The position numbers were made by a program, and so were the translations under genes. A DNA stretch of 64,000 bases, the filler included, from Dimargaris cristalligena (taxonomy: Eukaryota), in assembly GCA_003614675.1 (NCBI GenBank). It is 8 parts of 8 records of this genome, joined end to end, with 100 filler letters (N's around TTAATTAATTAA, not from the genome) between each part and the next. Parts side by side here need not be neighbours in the genome. Positions count along the whole stretch, not along the records: positions 57,452 to 64,000 come from ML003506.1; 7 more parts are not named here. One strand, 5' to 3'. Shown here one piece after another: positions 60,802 to 64,000 of the stretch. Within the stretch, counting starts at the first letter, position 1. Each line of letters opens with the position of its first letter. Below the pieces are notes generated by a model, which saw only the letters and a program-made list of their open reading frames with translations, ran no database searches and was not told the origin of the DNA.

Positions 60802-63800
60802 ATGCTGAATCATGCCTCCCCCCCTCAGGGAAATCCGGCCAATGCCCGCCGTTCACCCCCGCATGTATTGTTTATTGTCGATACCGCTGCCCTGCACCGC
60901 GCCACGAACTACCCGACCCAAACCCCAACCGCGTCCCCCACCCCATTGGCAACTGCTCTCGTTGATACCGTCTCGCGCGTTCTACTTCACTTGCACGCCC
61001 AGGTGGACGATCGCTTGACTTGGGCCACCCGTTGGGTCGACCTCACCACGGGTCAGGGCATTCGCACCAACTCCCGTTATGAATTTCAGCCCTTGACGGC
61101 GGCGAGTATCGCGGAGTTTGAGCAGTATTGCCGACAGGGTTACCGCAGCCCCGAAACGGTGGACACGGGCTCGGCTTCCGGTCCAGGGGGTTCTTCGCTT
61201 CGGCATTTGCGCAATTTGCTCACCCACGTCGAAACCGACTACGCCTGGTCGTCCCTGACATTTTCGGTGTTCTCGCCTACTAAATTCAATTCCGCTCCCG
61301 CTTCCGATGCCCAGCCCGACATTCCCATTCCCGTCAAGAACTACATTTATATCATTTCCGAGGCCCCACGGAGTCTAGCTGACTTGCGGTGGTGGGTAAA
61401 CGGCACCCATGGCGCGGGTCAACCTAGCTCAGATAACCCCGACTCTAAATACTATGCCGCCTTTCGCAACAACCTCATGGGGTGCGGGATCTGGCAGAAC
61501 TATTTAAAGAAGCGGATTGCAGTCGGGTGGCTGGACACGCGGCCTACTCCGTCCATGGGCTCCCTGCCAGTCCAGCGGTTCTTTGAGCAAATCTGGGAGT
61601 GTTTTTCCGGGCAGGTCGTCGGTGTACCCCAATTCCAGCTACTGGCGAACGTCAACCCGTGCGAGGGCTGGCTCCAACCCTGGATCCCCAATTTCATCTA
61701 TCGACGCGTGGGGGCCAATTTTCTAACACAGCCCCTACCAGTACCCCCCGATTCGCCCCACGACCAGTCCGCCGCCTCGTCTCCAGTTCAGTTTCGGTTG
61801 GATCAGCAATGTATACCCCAGCCGGGCAAGTCGGGCACTTTAAAAACTGCCCAAGCCTTTCCCAGCGACTCACCCCTCGACTCGCTCTACGGCTGGCTCA
61901 CCCCCTTGGCGGACCAAATATCGTCCGACCATCCTCCCATCACGTCCTCTCCTTCCGATTGGCGAGTCCATAATCTCAATGTATTTTACTACGCGGACCC
62001 TCGTAAGGGCATGGCCCAGCACCTCTTTCTCAAATTGCAGACCTGCTTTTCGATTTCAGGACCCGTTGCCACGACAACTCCCTCGGGCTACAACTGCTCT
62101 CCCCTCCTTGCGTGGTGGTTTCATCAATTACACGCTGACAAATCTTTTGCGCTGGTGAGTATGCCACCTCCAAGTACTGACTCACCATCGGAGGCTGACC
62201 CTGCCGATACCAGTCCTGCACCTCCCGAACCCCGAACTGCCATACTGCTGCCAATCGCACCCGAGGTCCTTGCCCTATGTCTATTTGATCCTGATGTACG
62301 GCCGCACCGTTTACACCAGTGGATAAGTGCGACATACGCCCCACCTGTTTCTCCAACCAACCTCATATTCAAAGGGCCTGAACCCTGCCCATCTCGCCCC
62401 ACAAACTTCAGTTGGAACTTACTGAATCAGAATCAACTCGCTCACCCAGTACTGGTACGGCCATTCTCGTCGCCTGAACTACCCTCCGAAGCCGGCCCCA
62501 CGCCGCGGCTTGACGTCGATCTAAATCCCTCCTGGTGCCATTTGATCTATGGGTAAGTTTCACCATTTAGTCTGATTATCAATCGCCGGCCCCTTTAATC
62601 GCGCCAATATCATCCGTGGACCACCCTTAGTTGTTAATTGGCTATGTATTGCAACACGAGTCCACTGGGATTCGTCTTTACTCAAACTTGGCTCTGCCCG
62701 GTCGCCTTAAAGATGGCAGTTACTTACTCAACTTATTTTCTCACCCCGCATACAGCATTATCCCATCATTCAGGTCGAAATGCTCTGATTCGACCGAAGT
62801 TTCAACTTCCCACTACCTTGACTCGGTATTCTCCCGGGATACTTCACCTACAGACCCCGCTTTATTGAGCCCATTCGAAGCGGACACGCCGAATACAGTG
62901 GCCGAATCTAATGATGCAGGCATAGTACCAGCCGTCGAAAGCTGTTCCCCACCGACCATTTCCCCGACCGACCCAACCGAAAGCGCCACACTTATTCGGA
63001 AACAGTACTGGCAAAGTCTATTCGATTTCGGCACTCCTTTATCCGGACTAATTGATATGTTCTCCGCCTTCTTCGCCATACCTAATGCTGAACGACCTTT
63101 GGCTGTACATCGGGTGGCCTTGGACGAACTTCTGATTCTGAGCCGCACACTCAATCAACTCGAATCCAAATACCAACAGGTATCCCAGGTTCTCGCGAAC
63201 CACCGCCACCCCACGCAGCGAGTTGATTCAGAGCAAGTGTCCGTGCGCTTATCTGCCTCTGACTTGATTGACGGGACTGAGTTGGCCAAGTGGATAGAGC
63301 TATCTCAAACGCATACTACTTCGCTGGCTGATAATCGCCCATCGCTTGTCAACCCCGGACCAGGTTTAACTACCGATGATCAATCAGGGGCGCCCCAGAT
63401 TGGATCTGGACCAGTGCTAGAGGATACCCAATTCGTCAACGCCGATCCAACTCCAACCCATCACACCACTTCGTTTGATAAATTACTTGAGCGCTTCAAA
63501 CTGCGGGAGTGCCAGATTCAGGCCGTCATCCACTTGCTCTACCTTCGCATCTATCGGTGTCGACCCCGACCACCTTCAGAATCCCCCGCTCTCACTACTG
63601 TGGAAGCACCTCTGAGCCCCCGCGGACCCCACAGTGGCACACCCGAAGATTGTACTGCTATTCGTGAACTACCCGCCCTAACGCGACCCCCATCGGACCC
63701 GGCCACTCCCAGTGCTGACCGGGAGCAGGCCCGCATACTCTCCCAACAACTGACGACCTATGTCGATAAGCTGTGTATCTGGTCTATGGTAGGCCACCAC

Positions 63801-64000
63801 TCCGATCTACTCATGTATCCATCGGGAACCCCGGGGGAGCGGTGGAGGGAGATGGTTCATTAGACCCACCCCCCAGGTCCATGGGCTGGGAGACCCGTCG
63901 GCTAATAGCGGGGGGCCGCGGTGATGTCGTTTCAACGGTCTCTACCGCCTGGGAGGTGGCCGCTAAAGAGGTACTAAGCGAACGGCTAGATCGCTTTTCG
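60802..64000 (+). CDS. Treslin/TICRR-Sld3 replication origin firing factor; exons 60802-62552, 62774 to about 63814, and about 63878 to the window end
   Basis: The N-terminus HVLFIVDT...SRVLLHL...TWATRWVD...EFQPL...EFEQ, DYAW...SPTK, NYIYIISEAPRSLADL, RIAVGWLDT matches the Treslin N-terminal pattern as recalled. KLRECQIQAVIHL and YVDKLCIW match the Sld3/Treslin core. Confidence 0.78.

Overview
This window is eukaryotic DNA from an intron-rich fungus. An early-diverging lineage such as Zoopagomycota is inferred from gene content and is not proven. The window is not one locus. It consists of eight contigs of about 8 kb (first and last possibly cut by the window edge), in descending length order, joined by artificial 100-nt spacers (N44-TTAATTAATTAA-N44), so gene neighbourhood only has meaning within a contig. 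Recognisable genes are a fused eukaryotic urease, NOL8, a BORCS8-like gene, Rab escort protein, HemK/MTQ1, RPS14, a GPI-anchored Ser/Thr-rich protein, an HMT1/ABCB6-like half transporter, an NmrA-like protein, a PPR-like protein, mtRF-R (C12orf65), SPT16 and Treslin/Sld3. The leading candidates for new biology are: (1) a protein with a signal peptide followed by an F-box, a possible secreted effector that hijacks host SCF ligases; (2) a Kex2-processed precursor of a 37-aa, 10-Cys peptide; (3) a fungal Sld3 that keeps the Treslin-type N-terminal domain; (4) an NmrA-fold protein that is about 17% His+Cys+Met, on the same contig as the HMT1-like transporter; (5) a His-rich insertion in urease; and (6) structured RPS14 introns. 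The window also holds a three-copy 144-bp MITE family and a solo LINE ORF1-like gene. All homology calls come from motif recognition by eye; no searches were run.
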